Both the position numbers and the translations under genes were made by a program. The notes under the pieces were generated by a model that worked only from the letters and a program-made list of their open reading frames with translations, did not search any database and was not told the origin of the DNA. 64,000 nucleotides of DNA from Tubulanus polymorphus (taxonomy: Eukaryota; Animalia; Nemertea): the NCBI RefSeq assembly GCF_964204645.1, contig NC_134026.1, forward strand, positions 24,586,150 through 24,650,149, written 5' to 3'. The number at the start of each line of letters is the position of its first letter. Position 1 is the stretch's first letter. Of the stretch, positions 38,055 to 53,400 are shown piece by piece.

Positions 38055-39215
38055 CTATCTAGCAGGCAGAGTTGCACTTAATGCATCCTTAGCTGACTGT
38101 GACAACTGATCTGGGAACTTTACGTCAAATTCGACAACTAAATCGCCTCGTTTTGTTGGCTGTTTCGGGTGAGGTAGTCCTTCACTATTAATCTTACGTT
38201 TTGATCCAGGTTTTACGATGTCTGTTAATCTCAATGGTATCTTTTTGCCATCGATTGTCGGCACATTGATGGTTCCACCGCACAGGGCCTGAAAATATAA
38301 GAATGATTGTAATTAAGCATCTATTAATTCCACACAATGAAATACTGGTTTTTAGATCATGATATTAAGATATGAACTTACATCGCGAAGACTTATTTTA
38401 GCTTTATATATAGTATCACTACCATCACGCGTGAAGACTGGATGAGGTTTATCTTTAACCACGAAGACAATATCAGCAGGTATAGTATTCGGATTCTGAT
38501 CTCCTTCTTTCGGGAAAGTTATTTTAGTTCCTGCTTTCCAACCTTTTTTTATTTCGACTTGAAGTATTTTGTCCTCTTTTCTTACAGTTTTACCGTCAAG
38601 AATCTTTCGAGATATTTTCATTTTCTTAACAGTTCCATTGAATATATCCTCTAACGATACCGGTAAATCATGAACAACCGCCGGATCTTTTCTCGGTTTA
38701 TGAGACATACCGCCCATGCCAGATGTATTGAATGAGCTGAAAGGCCCACCACCCATTCCGCCAAAACTATGAAATGGATTATCGTCATCTATATCCATTC
38801 TTTCCGGACCACCGCCACCAAAAGACGTAAATATTCTCGTTGATCCACCAGGCCCGCCTCCGAATCCTGAACGGAAAATTCCGGCAAACGGATCGTCATC
38901 GCCGAAAACATTGCGGAACATCTCATGCGGGTCACCCTGGAAAGTGTAACTAGTAAATCCGGGACCACTGCTGCCACCTGGCATTCCACCACCACCTTTC
39001 AATCCCTCTTCACCGTACTGATCATATATTGTGCGTTTGTTCTTATCCGTCAATACTTCATATGCTTCGGCTATTTCCTTAAACTTTTCCTCGGCGCCAG
39101 GCGACTTATTCTTATCCGGATGATATTTCAAGGCCATTTTTCGATAAGCTTTCTTCAGTTCATCTTCACTGGCATTCTTATCCACACCGAGAATCTTGTA
39201 ATAGTCTTTCCCCAT
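38055..39215 (-). CDS. DNAJB1: Class B J-protein Hsp40 (DNAJB1/4/5 family), 2 coding exons plus a non-coding first exon
   Basis: [46 protein letters not shown] region, [62 protein letters not shown]. Intron ~38290-38381. The exact vertebrate paralog cannot be assigned. Confidence 0.95.
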
Positions 39216-39562
39216 AATTGCCTACTTCAAAAATGTGACCCTGAAAAAACAAAAAAGATATCAAATAGGTAAAATTGACAAATTTCAGTTTTAACAAAAA
39301 TGATCATTATTATGCTAACTTACCAACAAGTGTTACTAGTGTGGTATGCAAGCTATTCTTAAAACAGTAATTAAGAAGGTTCTCAAATCTGGTACTTCTC
39401 TACTCTCTACTCTGCACTACTCGAATGGAATATACGAAAACGTCATTAAGCACGAGCACCCACTTTTGCAATAAATGAATGCATGTGTGTGTGTGTCTCT
39501 ATATAAACATCGCTATGGATGAAAGCACTGGAAATGTCTGGAACTCTGCCCCCGACGCGTCA

Positions 39563-39582
39563 AGAACTTTCTGGAAAATTCG
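39563..39582. promoter_or_regulatory. Heat shock element (4 inverted nGAAn units)
   Basis: aGAActTTCtgGAAaaTTCg upstream of the Hsp40 gene, a weaker gGAAatGTCtgGAAc at ~39530, and a TATA-like sequence at ~39498-39507. Confidence 0.85.
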
Positions 39583-39886
39583 AGACCCATTGGATCATTG
39601 AATGGGTCGAGGTGCATCAAGTGGATCAAAGCCTTCGGTGAAGGGTCGAATCCCAATAATGCGACGAAGCGAGAATAGCTTTCTAAAATTAAATACATCA
39701 TAAGCATATTCTAGTTGATTTAAAAATAGACATCTTATTTAATTATTTCGATCCGAGACTTATTCACTTACCAAAACAAAAAAAATTGTTCATTGTTGTA
39801 AATAAAGTTTGAATTTGAGATTGAAGTCTGCAGGATGAGATCAAGCCATAAGGAACCAGGAAGTATTTCTTATCTTTTGGCTGGAG

Positions 39887-42194
39887 ATGGAGGTAAAATG
39901 TCATGTTTTTGGTGTTAGCATAAATTTGCACAATTGAATGCTAACTAACTCCATTCTTAGATAACTATCATGCAATGTATGTAGTTTAGTGAGGAGACAC
40001 CCATGACGAAAACTTTTAAATCGACTAAATCAAAGGAATTGAAGTTTTTACACGATCAATTTAATTCAATTTACTTTATTGCATTGATTTGGTTACTACC
40101 TACGTTATTTCTTCATTGTTTTCAGCTTGAAGTTGTCGATTCTAGGTCTGGCAAGACTATAACCACATTAAAGAATACAAGTGTAAGTGAAAAATCTTAG
40201 CATTTGACTTCTTTTTAATTAAGGCGTTATTGAATTGTTATGGGCCCATCTTATCTTTGACTTATTAGTTCAATTATTAATTTACAATTTTCACTGCGAT
40301 TTGATGATTAATAGAAATTTTCTTAATCATATTCCATTATTCTATGATTTAGTTATGTTCTTCATCAACTATTCGAGATGTGAAAAGGGAATTCCAGAAA
40401 ATCAGTGAGTTTTGTTTGTACAATAAGCCACCTTCTGAGATATTTCTTTAAAAAAATCTAAAAATTATCTCTTTGCTTTTCAGAGCGCAAACTCTATCCA
40501 GACAGACAGTCATTTAGAATTGAACCCAGTAAGTTCATCATACACACATTCGCCTATTGGGTGTATTGCTTCTTATCTCATTTAGTTTTACTGATAAGAA
40601 TAATATCATAGGATCTCGGATATATCACAAATATCCTATTGATGACCTTTCATCATTCTAACAATCTAATTTATTGAACTGATTAACATTCTTTTGTGCT
40701 CTCATAATTTTTGAGAAATATAAAAATCCTTCAAAGTCTAATTTTTGTGTAGAAATAATCTGTTTTACTGAATTCATTTTCAATCCTCAGGGGGCAAGTC
40801 ATTAAAAGATGAAGAAACTTTAGAAAACCTTAAATTAACACCAGGAGACAAAATCTTTTTCAAAGATCTAGGCCCCCAAATAGGCTGGATTACTGTAAGT
40901 ATATTAAGGCTACCAGTAGATTTAGTATAGATCTCATTCGTCTTAAGTTTCATTAAAGGGTTTTATACATATAACTTTTCTATGTAGGTATTCTTAGCTG
41001 AATATGCTGGACCATTGGTTATCTATCTGTTATTCTACTATCGACCATCATTAGTTTATGGAGAAGCTGCATCAACTCCTGTGACCACCGCTGCTCAGTT
41101 AGTTGTCAAATAGAAATTCTCAATTTTAAGTTTATGTTAATTTTTTTTCACGCTGTTCGTTAATATTGTGATTTGTATTGATTTCAGTATAGCTGCAGGT
41201 TGCTGGTCGACTCATTACTTGAAGCGTTTGATTGAAACTTTATTCGTTCATAGGTTTTCACATGCAACTATGCCAATCAGTAATCTATTTAAGGTATCAC
41301 TGAGATGAACTTTTGAATTGTTTTTTGAAAAGATTGAAACAATTGAATCATAATTACAATGAATATTCATGAATATATTTAATGTATTTCAGAACTGCAG
41401 TTACTACTGGGGTTTCACGGCTTTTGTTGCTTATTTCAACAACCACCCACTTTACACACCTGCAAGTAAGTTCAGGTTATGTCATCCGATATGCAAATGA
41501 TCTATAAGAACAAATAACTTCATACTTAATGTTCTCAAATCAAATCTATGTGTCTTTTTAAGGATATGGTGATATTCAACTTTATGGAGGATTAGCTGCA
41601 TTCATCGTAAGTTAACTCTTGTTGCATTTTGTAATTTACTTGTTATGTTAGTATTGTCTTCACTGCCAACCTAAGATGTCTTAAATACATCTATCTATTT
41701 TATTTTTTTTTAGTTCAGTCAGCTTGGAAACTTTTCAATCCATTTATCTTTGCGAAACTTGAGACCACCAGGTATTATTGATTACCATAAACACCTTTTG
41801 TAAATCGAAGAATAAATATTTGCAAATGCTTGTATTTCTTATGTTTTATTATTGCAGGAACAAAGGAGCGAAAGATACCATACCCATCAATGAATCAATT
41901 CACTTGGTTATTCTATTTTGTTAGCTGTCCGAACTACACATATGAAGCACTTGCTTGGACAAGTTTCAGTATCTTATCTCAAAGCTTACCCGGTAAACTA
42001 TCCGAGTTGTGTGAAAATTCCTTGCAATCAACATTTAGAAAAAATGTATATCCTCTTTATTTACAGCCTTACTCTTTACTGCTGCTGGGTTTTATCAAAT
42101 GGCAGTTTGGGCACTCGGCAAACATCGAAATTACAAGAAAGAATTCAAGAACTATCCACGTGGACGCAAAGCTATTATTCCATTCATACTGTAA
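39887..42194 (+). CDS. TECR: Very-long-chain trans-2,3-enoyl-CoA reductase, many small exons (first coding exon ATGGAG)
   Basis: [133 protein letters not shown]. Confidence 0.96.
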
Positions 42195-43023
42195 TAACGT
42201 ACATTTAAAGTGTTTTATGTTGTTTTAAGAAAGCATGGTAATTGCTATTCCAAGTAGTGACTTCAGCTTTTTAGTTCGATGTGCTTTCACTGATTGTATT
42301 GTTCTGAAGCTTGATTTGTGTCATATCAGTCTCTTGTCAAGATCAAATTTTTATAGTGAATTATACAATAAAGATCATTGTCTAGATTGAAATATCATTC
42401 TTTGCCTTTATATCATATTTAGATCCATTTATATGATTTACTGTCGAGTTGAATCCCTTTTCAAGCGTCCTATGGTGTTACTTTCCCAATGAATGGAGTA
42501 ATATGCGAAGTGAGAAAAACTGAAAACTCGAGTGAAGAGAGGATTTGGTGGAAAATATGTTTTATTTACAAACTGTTATCATTTAGTAAAGAAGGACGGA
42601 TCACTGATTTAAGCTTTTGATTTCTATCACATTTCTTAAAAAATTTATTTCAATATAATTTAGCAATATCAACTTAACAAAAAAGGAATAACCAGTACGT
42701 CAAAAGAGTTGCTAGCACTAAGACATTATATTGTATACTGTTGTAGACAATAGGAATGGATTAAATGAAAGGACCATTTTAATTGAAAATACAGTTTACA
42801 ACACGAAATGTTAAGCAGTTCAATTGATGTAATAATAAATGTATAATAGGATTTGAATCTTTTTATGAGTCATATGTAATCATATCAGCAAATCACACAA
42901 AAAGAAAATTATCTAGATTTTAAGCACAATATCTGAAGTACTAACTGATGTGCTACCATGTATATCACAGAATAAAACATTATAGATACAATATTGATAC
43001 ATGAAAATATTATATTTTCTAAT

Positions 43024-46000
43024 TTAAGAAACAGTCATTGGAGGTAATCTCGCTCCAGATGGTGGACGATTAGACAATTGCATTTCCATTTCACGCACTT
43101 GCGTTCGTAAACGCTTCAGTTCGCCCTTCTGTAAATCAATTACTTTGATATTTTCTTCTAAATCTTTTTCAATCATCGCATTCTTATTGGTAGAGGTTAC
43201 AGCTGCTAGGGTTGCTGCTGCTTCCGACACATTACTCTTATTCTTTCTGTGTAAGCCGAGCGCAGCTTCGAGATCATGAACCTGTGTTCGTGCAATCTTC
43301 AACTCTTTTCGTAAGTCATTTATTTCTTTGATAAGTGAAACATTCTCCTAATAATGAATTATTTGAAAATAAACTTATTACAATATCAGAAGATTATGAA
43401 TTCGAAATCAGATTGATGTCTCTATATTTACCTGCATTATTCTGACGTTGTCAGCTCTATGAATTTCGGTATCTTTAGATAGTTTTTTACGCAGTGAAGC
43501 AACCGATCTTTCCAGATGCTCTCTTTGACGACTGTATTCTTTCTGAATATCTGCATCCACACTTGCAGTTTCAGTCTGTCAAATTGAAATCAAATTACAC
43601 ATGAATGATCATCCAAACTTACGCTGTCCAATTTACTTTGCTATGTATATTATATATTACTTACAATATCCTCTTGTACATGTTTTTGGTATAAAGCCTT
43701 GATGCTTTCCTTCAACATTTTAGGATCTTGAATGTAACCAACACAATTATGCAAATCGGTCTTGAATCTCTTGACGACTGCTTCAACATCTCTAACCTAA
43801 AGCAATCAAAATATCGATATTAACTTAAAGTTTATCTTTTTTTTTTATATAAACTTTATTTGAAATTGTAATCTATAGTCATACCTTTTGTCTCTCTTGG
43901 TGCATCTCTTTATCAGTGGCTTTCAATTTCTGTCGTAATTCTGTGATATTCAATTCTAGTTGTGTATTCTGTTTGTGGAATCTCTCCAATTCACTTTCCA
44001 TCTGCAATTAAGGTCATTTGTTGTTATTGCTGAATATGTTCATTTTATAAGATTCACTACTTTACAAATTGACAAACCTCTTGAATTTGTTCTTTCATGG
44101 CCTTGATGTCATTTTCACGTGGTTCAATCTGCTTTTTCAGTTCTTTAATCTTGTAATCAAGCACAAACTTGAATTTTTCTAATTCTTGATTCTTCTTTTT
44201 CAAATCATATATTCTCTTTTCCTGTTCATGAAATAAACTCCCATTAAACTCTTAAATCATGAATAGGGTCTACTTCAAAAGAAAAATTTTCATAATTCAA
44301 CTTACCTTATCTTGAATAGTTTCATCTCGCTCTTGAATTTCTTTCTTTAGACCATTAATATCTTTCTCCAAGTTGCGGATGATGTTTCCAAGTTTTGCAG
44401 TTTCTGCTTGGAATTTCTTGATCTCCTCTTTGTGGTCATCAATTTCCTTCTGCAGACTGGTAAACTGTATAGATATAAAATCCATTATCATAGATGTCAT
44501 ACAATAGATATTGTACATGAACGAAAATATAGCATTCAAGGTGATTAGATGCTTTACCTTCTTTTTCATGATTCCAGTTTCCCCTTTTAGTCTCATATTG
44601 GCTTCTTTTTCATCTCTCAGCCTTCTTTCAAATTTGTTTTTGATGTCCAGTATTTCTCTATCAGCATCTTCTTCAATCTGACGTTTTGTTTCTTCATATT
44701 CTCTATTCTGCTGTCTTGCCTCATCATGAGCCTGATCAGTAAAAATGATGAATGATGATAAACAAGCATAGTAATATTTAGGTGAAATAACCTCAATTCA
44801 AACAATGATTTCAATTACCTGCTCAAGTTGAGTGGTTTTATCTTGAAGTTTAGTCTCATAATACTCAGTCAATTCTTCAAGAGCTCTCTCTTTACTTTCT
44901 TCCATCTCCTGCAACTGACGTTCGTAGTCTTCCTGCATTTTTTGGCTCTTTGATTGGAGCTCTTGGTATTTTTCATACTCCAACATAAGTTTCTGGTTGT
45001 TGGCCGATTCTGAAATTGACATCATATTGAAGTGAAATCTATAATCACTAAGTTCCATTTTCAAGTTTTGACGAATGAATCAAATCAATCTACCTAAATC
45101 TTGAAGTTCTTTGCTGTGCTTTTCCATGCATTCTTGAACCTCTTCTTCATGTCTTGCTTCCTCCTTGTCTTTATCTGTTTTCAGGACCTAGAAATATGAT
45201 CACCATTTGTAAACGTTTGTCAATTTGTTACAACTTATGATACTTTCTTTTCAAATTTCCTGTCAGATATAACCCTTACCTGATTCTTAGTTTTCAGTGA
45301 TTCCATTTCCTGGATAAATTTTTCAGTAAGTTCTTTGATTTTCTCATTGTAATTCATATCCTTCAGTCGCAGTTGGTATTCATTTTCCATTTTCAGTTCT
45401 TCAACTCGTGTCTTGTATTCGCTCATCATTGCATTCTAAATACATGTATCAATCATTATAAAACATGTAGGTTCCAAACAAAATAAGAAATAATAGCTAC
45501 TGGCACTGTTTAGGCTTATCATTGGAATACAACTGACCTTCTCTTCAAGATCTGTTTTAGTGATGAGAATTTCTTCAGCCCAACCAACTTCTTTATCTCT
45601 TTTCAAACCACGACCTTCCTTGTCTTGAATTTTCCACAATGAAATGGAAGCATCTTCCGCAACTGAGATCAGATATTGATCATCGTAGGTGATTTTCATC
45701 TGAAAGATTTTATGAATTTTGGTACATTGTCTGAATTTCTTTTAAGACTCTGGACTGAAGATGTCACTATTGCTGCAAATTTTTACCTTTATGACAGTTG
45801 ATGAATGGCCTTGGTGTTCCTGCCATTCACCGGGAACCGTGAGAGGAAACTTGATAGAGCGTAGAGCACCATTTGAGCAGCCAGAAAACAACATACGTCC
45901 AGAATGTGACATGGCAATTGATGTCAGAGTTAGGTCTTTAGCGTCGATGTCTCGTAGTATCTATAAATACAACATCCGACAAATTATCCTGATCTTTACA

Positions 46001-48259
46001 AAAGATAACAAATCAACCAAGAACGATTATTAGACTTTACCTGAGAATCAGAAATTTCTTTCAGCGTTTTATCAGAACCGACTGCAAATGTATTCTTTCC
46101 ATCTGGACTGATTGCAACTCCAGTGTAGCTACACGATTTGATGACATTTTCACCAACACGTTTACCAGTAAGAGGATCCCATTCATATACAGCTCCCTCC
46201 ATACCGCAAGAAATAATCTTAGCATCATCATTGCTCCAGATAATAGAACGGATTTTACCATTGTGACCCTTTAGATTGGCAATATTCTCAAATGTTGTAG
46301 TCGAGTAAATTTGAATGATGTTACTATGAACAGCAGCAAATAGATTTCCACCATTACTAAACGCACACTGAAAATTACATGACAAGGCATTAAGTACGTA
46401 GTATATCAGCCACAAACAGGGATTCCATAAATCCAAATACCGGTATTCATTCATTGTAAGAATACCTCACGACATCCTCTAATAGTAAACTCTTTGAATG
46501 TGCGGATATCATCAATCAGCAGATTCATTAGACGTAATTTATCGCTGAACCCAACTAGAATGTACAGACCAGATGGATGGAGTGCGATACTGTAAGCTTC
46601 TTCAGCAAACTCCTTATAAAGTTCCAGATTGCTGAAAATTTTCAATAAAAAAATAAGCATTGCAGCTATTGATGTATGCATCTACAATACAAGTTAAATA
46701 AACAGATGTTTCACTGACCAGGTTTCGAAATTCCAGATACGAACGGACCGATCCACGGAACATGTTGCAATGAGCGGCTTTCTGATACAGACATCGAGAC
46801 CTGACACTTGACTGGAGTGAAATGATTGCGACAGGATTTCAAAGTGGGCTTGATCCCCCTGCTAGAAATGAAATTGGAAACGTAATGAACAGTGTAATCT
46901 AAAAGGAGTCAGAAGTTTGGCTTATTTCGAAATGAATAATTACCTTCCCGAGGTCTGCGCTGGATAAAGTGATGCTGTATATTTGATTAGCATCTGTCGT
47001 ACAGATGAGAGTTTCCTCAGAGGGACTGACTGTGAGTGATGTGATAACTTGCTGTTCTGATCTGCTAGGATCTGCACTATTTTGATCAGCCGGTACCTGT
47101 CAAAAAATGTTTTCCACCATTTACAACAATTTCACAATAACAGTATTACATGCCTTTTGTGAAAAGTATATTTTTTGAAATTTCATACCCTAATTTCTTT
47201 TGACTTCCTGAAGTAATCTTTATCATCAGTCTTTTCATAAAGTAAAACGATTCCAGGTCCATAAGAGCATGCAAAACCTTTAGAGAATGAAACTATAGTA
47301 GTTATCTGTGGCGGTCCTTTATGAGTTGTGTCATCTTCTGTTATTGAACTCCTGTGAATAATATAAACAAACACTCCACTGAATATTTATGACAATAGTT
47401 GAAATGATATCAAAAGAAATTGATAGATAGCCTAGAACTTACCTTTCTTTTTCACCATCTTTCTGAGATAAGGCAATTTGGAATTCATACTTTAACTCTC
47501 CGGATTCAAATAATAAAAGGCGTCCAGTATCTGTCCCAACGACAACTCTTTCATCAGAAACCCAAGCATGACTGAGATAATTCTGCGGTTCTAGTTTCAG
47601 GAAGGTGAACTGCTTCAGATTTCCCTCACTGTAGCGAAACAACTTGAATATACCATGACCGACTACGCATAGTTGAGTATTATCTTGTGGATTGAAAGTC
47701 ACCTAGAATAACAGAAATAAGGAATGATTCATTCAGAAAACTCATCGGAGCTACATGTCATATGCCAAACATTACTATGAATTCTCACCTGATAAACCGG
47801 TGAATTTGTCTGTGGATTTGTTGACTTTGTTGTAGCCATAACCTTTGATTTTTCCCATGTCCAGTAAAGTAAGGTCCAATCTGGACGCCCGCCTTGAGCA
47901 ACTAGATATTTCGAATCGGGTGAGAAAGCAAGGCTAACAAATTCATCTGATTGAACTTCAGTGCTGCTCAGAACTTTCCTACGTCTCAGAGAATGTAGAT
48001 CATATATTGTGATGGTGGCACGTTCTCCTTTTTCAGCAATAGCCACATATCTTCTATTCGGACTGACAGCCATCGCTGTCATTCCATGGCTCTTTTCTGA
48101 AGCTGGAATGAATTTTTGCGACTTCTGGTCGATGTTGTAAAGTATGCAGTTCGCGCCGCATGGATACACAATGGTTTGTTCATCTTGGTAAGCGATGTTT
48201 CCCGTCACTCCTGTTCGCAAACCAAAGATATGGCGGGGCTGTGCCAAAGCAATCGACAT
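43024..48259 (-). CDS. CFAP57: Cilia- and flagella-associated protein 57 (WDR65): WD40 repeats plus long coiled coil
   Basis: [156 protein letters not shown]. Confidence 0.96.
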
Positions 48260-48586
48260 TCTAATGGTCCTTGCTGCAATTTGAAAAAAATGGAATTTGA
48301 TGAAAGAAAACAAATTGACAAATTGGAATTGTCAAAAAAAGTCCCCAAAACTAACTACTAAGCCCCTACTAAGGCAAAACCAAAAAATTGTTTTTTTCAA
48401 ATGACTGGTCTGGTAAAAAAAGGCTAAACAATAACAACCAACGGTGCAGGAATTTAGGCCTTCTCTCTACTAACCGTAAAATGAATTCTGAAAGTCGTAC
48501 CTTTACAATCAGCGTATTACATACAGATTTTCCACAAGTTTGCTCCAGTCCAAGTTTGTTGCAAAGTCCGAAGTAATTACTTCCTG

Positions 48587-48681
48587 GTTACCATGACGCT
48601 CAGGGATAGCGCCCTCTATGTTAGAGTGTATTGACTCTATGCAAGTGCTGATTTATCCATTTATCTGAGTGTTCGAGTCCC
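48587..48681. promoter_or_regulatory. CFAP57/ALKBH7 promoter motifs: imperfect X-box, CTCF-like site, B-box-like site
   Basis: GTTACCATGACGC (48587-48599, RFX half-site next to a ciliary gene), GCGCCCTCTA (48609-48618), GTTCGAGTCCC (48671-48681). Confidence 0.45.
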
Positions 48682-49131
48682 ATTCTTTCAACGGCACATT
48701 GCTAACTTATTACGACATGACCGTCCTTGTCGTTTGTTAAAACATATGATCGAAATGGCGATATTGATTTTGTGGTCACAAATAATTATATTTCGGCATT
48801 TTTTCTATCTTTTATCTTAGCCCTTTTATTTATCATCATGTATTTTTTGATGAATAAATGTGAATTGAATTGCTAACTTTTTCCAATAATAAGTAAACAA
48901 GAAGTTTTTTTGTCTATCTGTCTATCTTGCCCATTATGTAACTCTGAGTGAAGATATTGCAGGTGATTTTGAGGTTGTAACTGATAATGGTCCAAATATT
49001 GTGCACATTTGGACACATTTGAATGAACGGAGCGGAAATAAACCTGATTGCTGATAGATAATTTGTTTCACTTTTGTGACTGGAGTCGAGACTCACCAGT
49101 GAATGAGAGGTGCTGACTTGTTGTGGTCAAA

Positions 49132-50492
49132 ATGTTCAGCTTCCTAAATGGAAGGGTTTGTATTGTCCTTGATAAACTATTAATCAAAAGAGTGCAGAGT
49201 GTATTAAAACAACTTGGACCCGTATTGTATTGCTCTTCTAAATCGTCTTCAAATACCAATACACCGGTATCATCGACATCAGTGACTTTAAATAATGAAA
49301 ATTCATCAAATAACACTAACACTAACAGTCTGTTTGGTGGTATAGACACAGCTTCGATTGCCGATTATTGTACCGACGATGGAGAATTGGATCCAATTCT
49401 TTGGTATAATGAGCCGAGTGATCGTGAAACTGGATTGCAAATAGCGAAGGACTTGCACGTGTACGAGGAATTCTTAAGCGACGATGAAGAGAAGAAACTT
49501 TGCAGCGAAATTGAGCCATATATTTCCCGATTACATTATGAATATGATCACTGGGACAATGTGAGTTTAGGAATTTTGGTAATTTATGTTGAGTCTCAGT
49601 TGAAGAAAAAATCTGTAAATGCTTGAAGGGCAAGAGATTAAAAAGTTGCCCTTTATATTTTGGTCCTATATATATTTATACTATCTAATTTCCCAATTGT
49701 TTTAGTGACAGGTGAATTCTCTTTTCTAGGCAATTCACGGATTTCGAGAAACGGAAAAGAAACATTGGAGCCAAGAAAATAACATAATTATTCAAAGAAT
49801 GAAAGATATTGCCTTTCCTCCTGGTGATATTTTGTTGCCATATGTTCATGTTCTGGATGTAGCTAAAAATGGATATATTAAACCACATATCGACAGTACA
49901 AGGGTATGTATGAAATTCAAGAGCACCGTTAGTAAATCCAATGAGAGGAAAGTTACTTATTCACTCTTCTGTTTTTCTTTGATAGTTTTGTGGGAGTATA
50001 ATTGCTGGTATATGTCTTCTTTCCCCGTGTGTTATGAAACTAGTCCATGAGAAGAATCCTGAAAAATGGGTTAAAGTCTTACTGAAACAACGAGCTTTGT
50101 ACATTATGAAGTGAGTATATATACGTTGAATTACCAGTATATACAATTTTATATACTATCTATATTGGTACTATGCTGATTTTGTACCACAGCCAGTTGC
50201 TAAAGTGTAGCTCATGTTATGTTCTATGATTGTGGTGAGCTTCAAGGTCATTTATTACTTTATTTATTCACCGGGGCGTAGATTGTCATACATTACACCA
50301 AGTTGGCATAGTGTCCCTGGACCCCTTGTTTCACTGTTTCATTACTTTTATTTCCTCAGGGGGTTGGCCAGATATGACTACACACACGCAATTCTGTCTG
50401 AAGAAGAATCGATATTCAAAGGTGCTGTTGTTCCAAGGGACAGACGAATTTCAATAATCTGCAGAAATGAAAAACAAGATGATGATGACTGA
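49132..50492 (+). CDS. ALKBH7: AlkB homolog 7, mitochondrial 2OG-Fe(II) dioxygenase, 4 exons
   Basis: [119 protein letters not shown]. Start codon is uncertain. Confidence 0.93.
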
Positions 50493-53400
50493 TTAAATAT
50501 TTTTGATTTGACGGTGCGTTTGCTTCTGATTTTTAGACAGTTGCAAGATCAAGCTTAAACAGGATTGTTTCATGTTAATAATCACAATATCCTTCTTGTG
50601 TTTAATTGAAAAAAGTATACAAAAGAATCTACCATCTCAAATTCTGATTGCAGGAAAGTTGGGGATTCATTTGTACTTTCATCGATTTTGTGATGTATCA
50701 TCACTTAATATTGCATGAAATTTATTCTTGATATTTTATTGGCAGCCAGTATCAGTAATAGTGTTCATTGGAATTGAAAAAATGAATGTTGTGAAATGTA
50801 AGATTGTCTGTACTTATACAGCTTAATAACCTTGCGTTTTATTGCAAAATTAACTTGTATATGCACTTGTTGAATAAGCGTACATAAATATTACATGTAT
50901 TATTTACCACATTTGCATTACTGTTTAGTTGAATAATTACATTCAATAAATGTTTCGTTATTTCTAAATTTGTATTTATTGTTTCAATTATTTTTGATTA
51001 TTCATGTGGATGCTTGAGATTTGAGAGAAGGTCCAGTACTTAATCATCTACGAGGAACAGTAGGAATTAAATGTTGACCTGGTTTCTATTACATGGTGCC
51101 TTGTCATGTGTTCAGTTGCATCTAATGATTTACCAGTATGGACAAATTCCTAGGATTTCATTCTAGTGTCGATCAAAATACCAATCGGTACTTGCCTACC
51201 CAAACTTCATTAAAATATCTGGATGCAATAAAATCTAACACAAACTTTATTTATACACATTCTTTATTCAACAACTGTGAGCTTTGTGTACAATTTTTGC
51301 AATACACAAAAATAACCCATAGTTAGGTATAAGTAATAAGGTCTACACATCACTGAGAATGAAAGACTGTAGCTATGTACACATAAAAAAACAAGAGTAC
51401 TCGTACATCTGTACAAAAATAAGTGGAAAATTTTGAGACCTGGAAACCTTTCACGATGTTAAAACATAATTCGTATCCATATACACTATCACACAACTTG
51501 AACTCAAGTAAGGTCACTACTCAGCCGATGGGTGGCAAGTTGTCTCAAAATTTATTTGCCCAACTTGTAGGAACATTTAGGATGCCTCTTCATCCATTGA
51601 TAATATTCACATGACCCAGTTTTATGGTCAATCATCAAAGTTTTGCCTCAGTTGAGCAAATGATCAAACTCACAGTTGATTTAGGGCCAAGTTTTCCTTA
51701 GCTGATACATGATTTCAGTAAACTTAACAACAGTTGCTGATAATGAATGACAATATTATATATTTCCTACAAGCAGCAGTTGATGTTCTTTAGTTGAATT
51801 TAGTGAAACATGATCACAACATATTTAGCGAACCCTATTCAACACATATAATGTTAAGAAAAACATACACATTTGGCAGAAAAGCTAGTCGTAGCCACCA
51901 TGCTCGATGAATACTTCTATTAGAATTTTCAATAATACAACAATTCATAGAATTTTCCTTAATATACATACAATCAATTAACATATTCTCTATACACATG
52001 AATCTTTTCTCTGAGTATTCAGTAACATATTTAACCAAATAAAATACAGCTTTTTGAGCACTATCCACTAAATATATACCATACTAATGCCAAAGGTTCT
52101 GATAAAACCAATTTAAGAATTTTCTTTAACAGTATATTGAACTCAATACTAAATGGTTCACACATAGAGTATGAGGCTACTATGTCATGTTGTATTGACT
52201 CAGAGAGAGCTCAGAAAAATTCATACTGAAGCCTGATTTAGATATACATGAAGTATTTGGTAAAATATACCGGTACATTCAACAGTTAACCTGTACAAAT
52301 CAAACTAATTCTGCATTATTTTCCAAAGCTATCATTGAGTATCCATCATTCTATACATATCAATATCAACTTATATCTGCAGGTTACATAATTCTATTCG
52401 TAAATGTTTAGGGTACACATGTATTTTAGATTAAAATGACAACAATTCTAGAAAGCTTCAAATCATACACGACAGTCAGTTAATCAAGCATATGCAAAGA
52501 GAGATTCTTCAGAAAACTGGGTGAGTATTTTGATTCACGACTCAACTCATAGTAGTAACCCAAAATACAAGACTTTCTGGTGATGTGTGTTTGCTCTCTA
52601 ACAATGATTTCTAGATATTTACTAAAGCTGTTTTTATGAAATTACAAAAATATCTAATCGTTCAACGCAAGAAGCATTTCCTGGCAAGAGAAAATAGATA
52701 TTCAAAAAAATCTTTCCTGATGAAGTTACCCCCAATCATTTCCTTCTAAAATACATACAAATCTAACCCTTATGATTTCCATCCATTTCTATGGAAGATT
52801 TGAGATCACTTTTTTCAGGAACACATGTACATACATATACTTTGAGGTGCATCGTGGCACTTTCTAAAACACAACTTATCTATTCCACATAAAAATTTGG
52901 AATACCGGTATACCTAAATTCATTATTTACAAACACGTTTGACATTGCAAACCTATGCAGTAACATTTACACTTATTTACAAAACTCAAGTGGCTTGTGA
53001 CATAAAATCTTTCACTGGGAGTTCAAACTCCAATGTTATAGACCACACACAAAACTAACTCCCCTTACCTTTCTATATGCCAAAAGGATGGTTTTCAACA
53101 CATCCCAAATTAAAAATCTCAATTATTTTAATATCACAGTCAACAAATCTTCATACACCATAGTTGGACATGGTGAACTGAATTAAACGAAATAGCATAC
53201 ATATCAGTGTGTAGGCAAGTAATACAAAAACTCTATCATTTAGAATAGGGCTATCTATCCTTTAGATCAATCTAACAAGAGCATACCAAATACATTTCGA
53301 AGCTCTAAAGATTGCAAAATTTCATAAATAAATACACAAATGAAGGGTTTACATATAGATATACATGTATACATCGGTATATATGTATGGTACATGTATA

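Noticed and set aside
40544-40603. miRNA-like hairpin in a TECR intron containing TATTGCTT (miR-137-like seed)
   Set aside because: The rest does not resemble miR-137, and an AT-rich hairpin of this quality can arise by chance.
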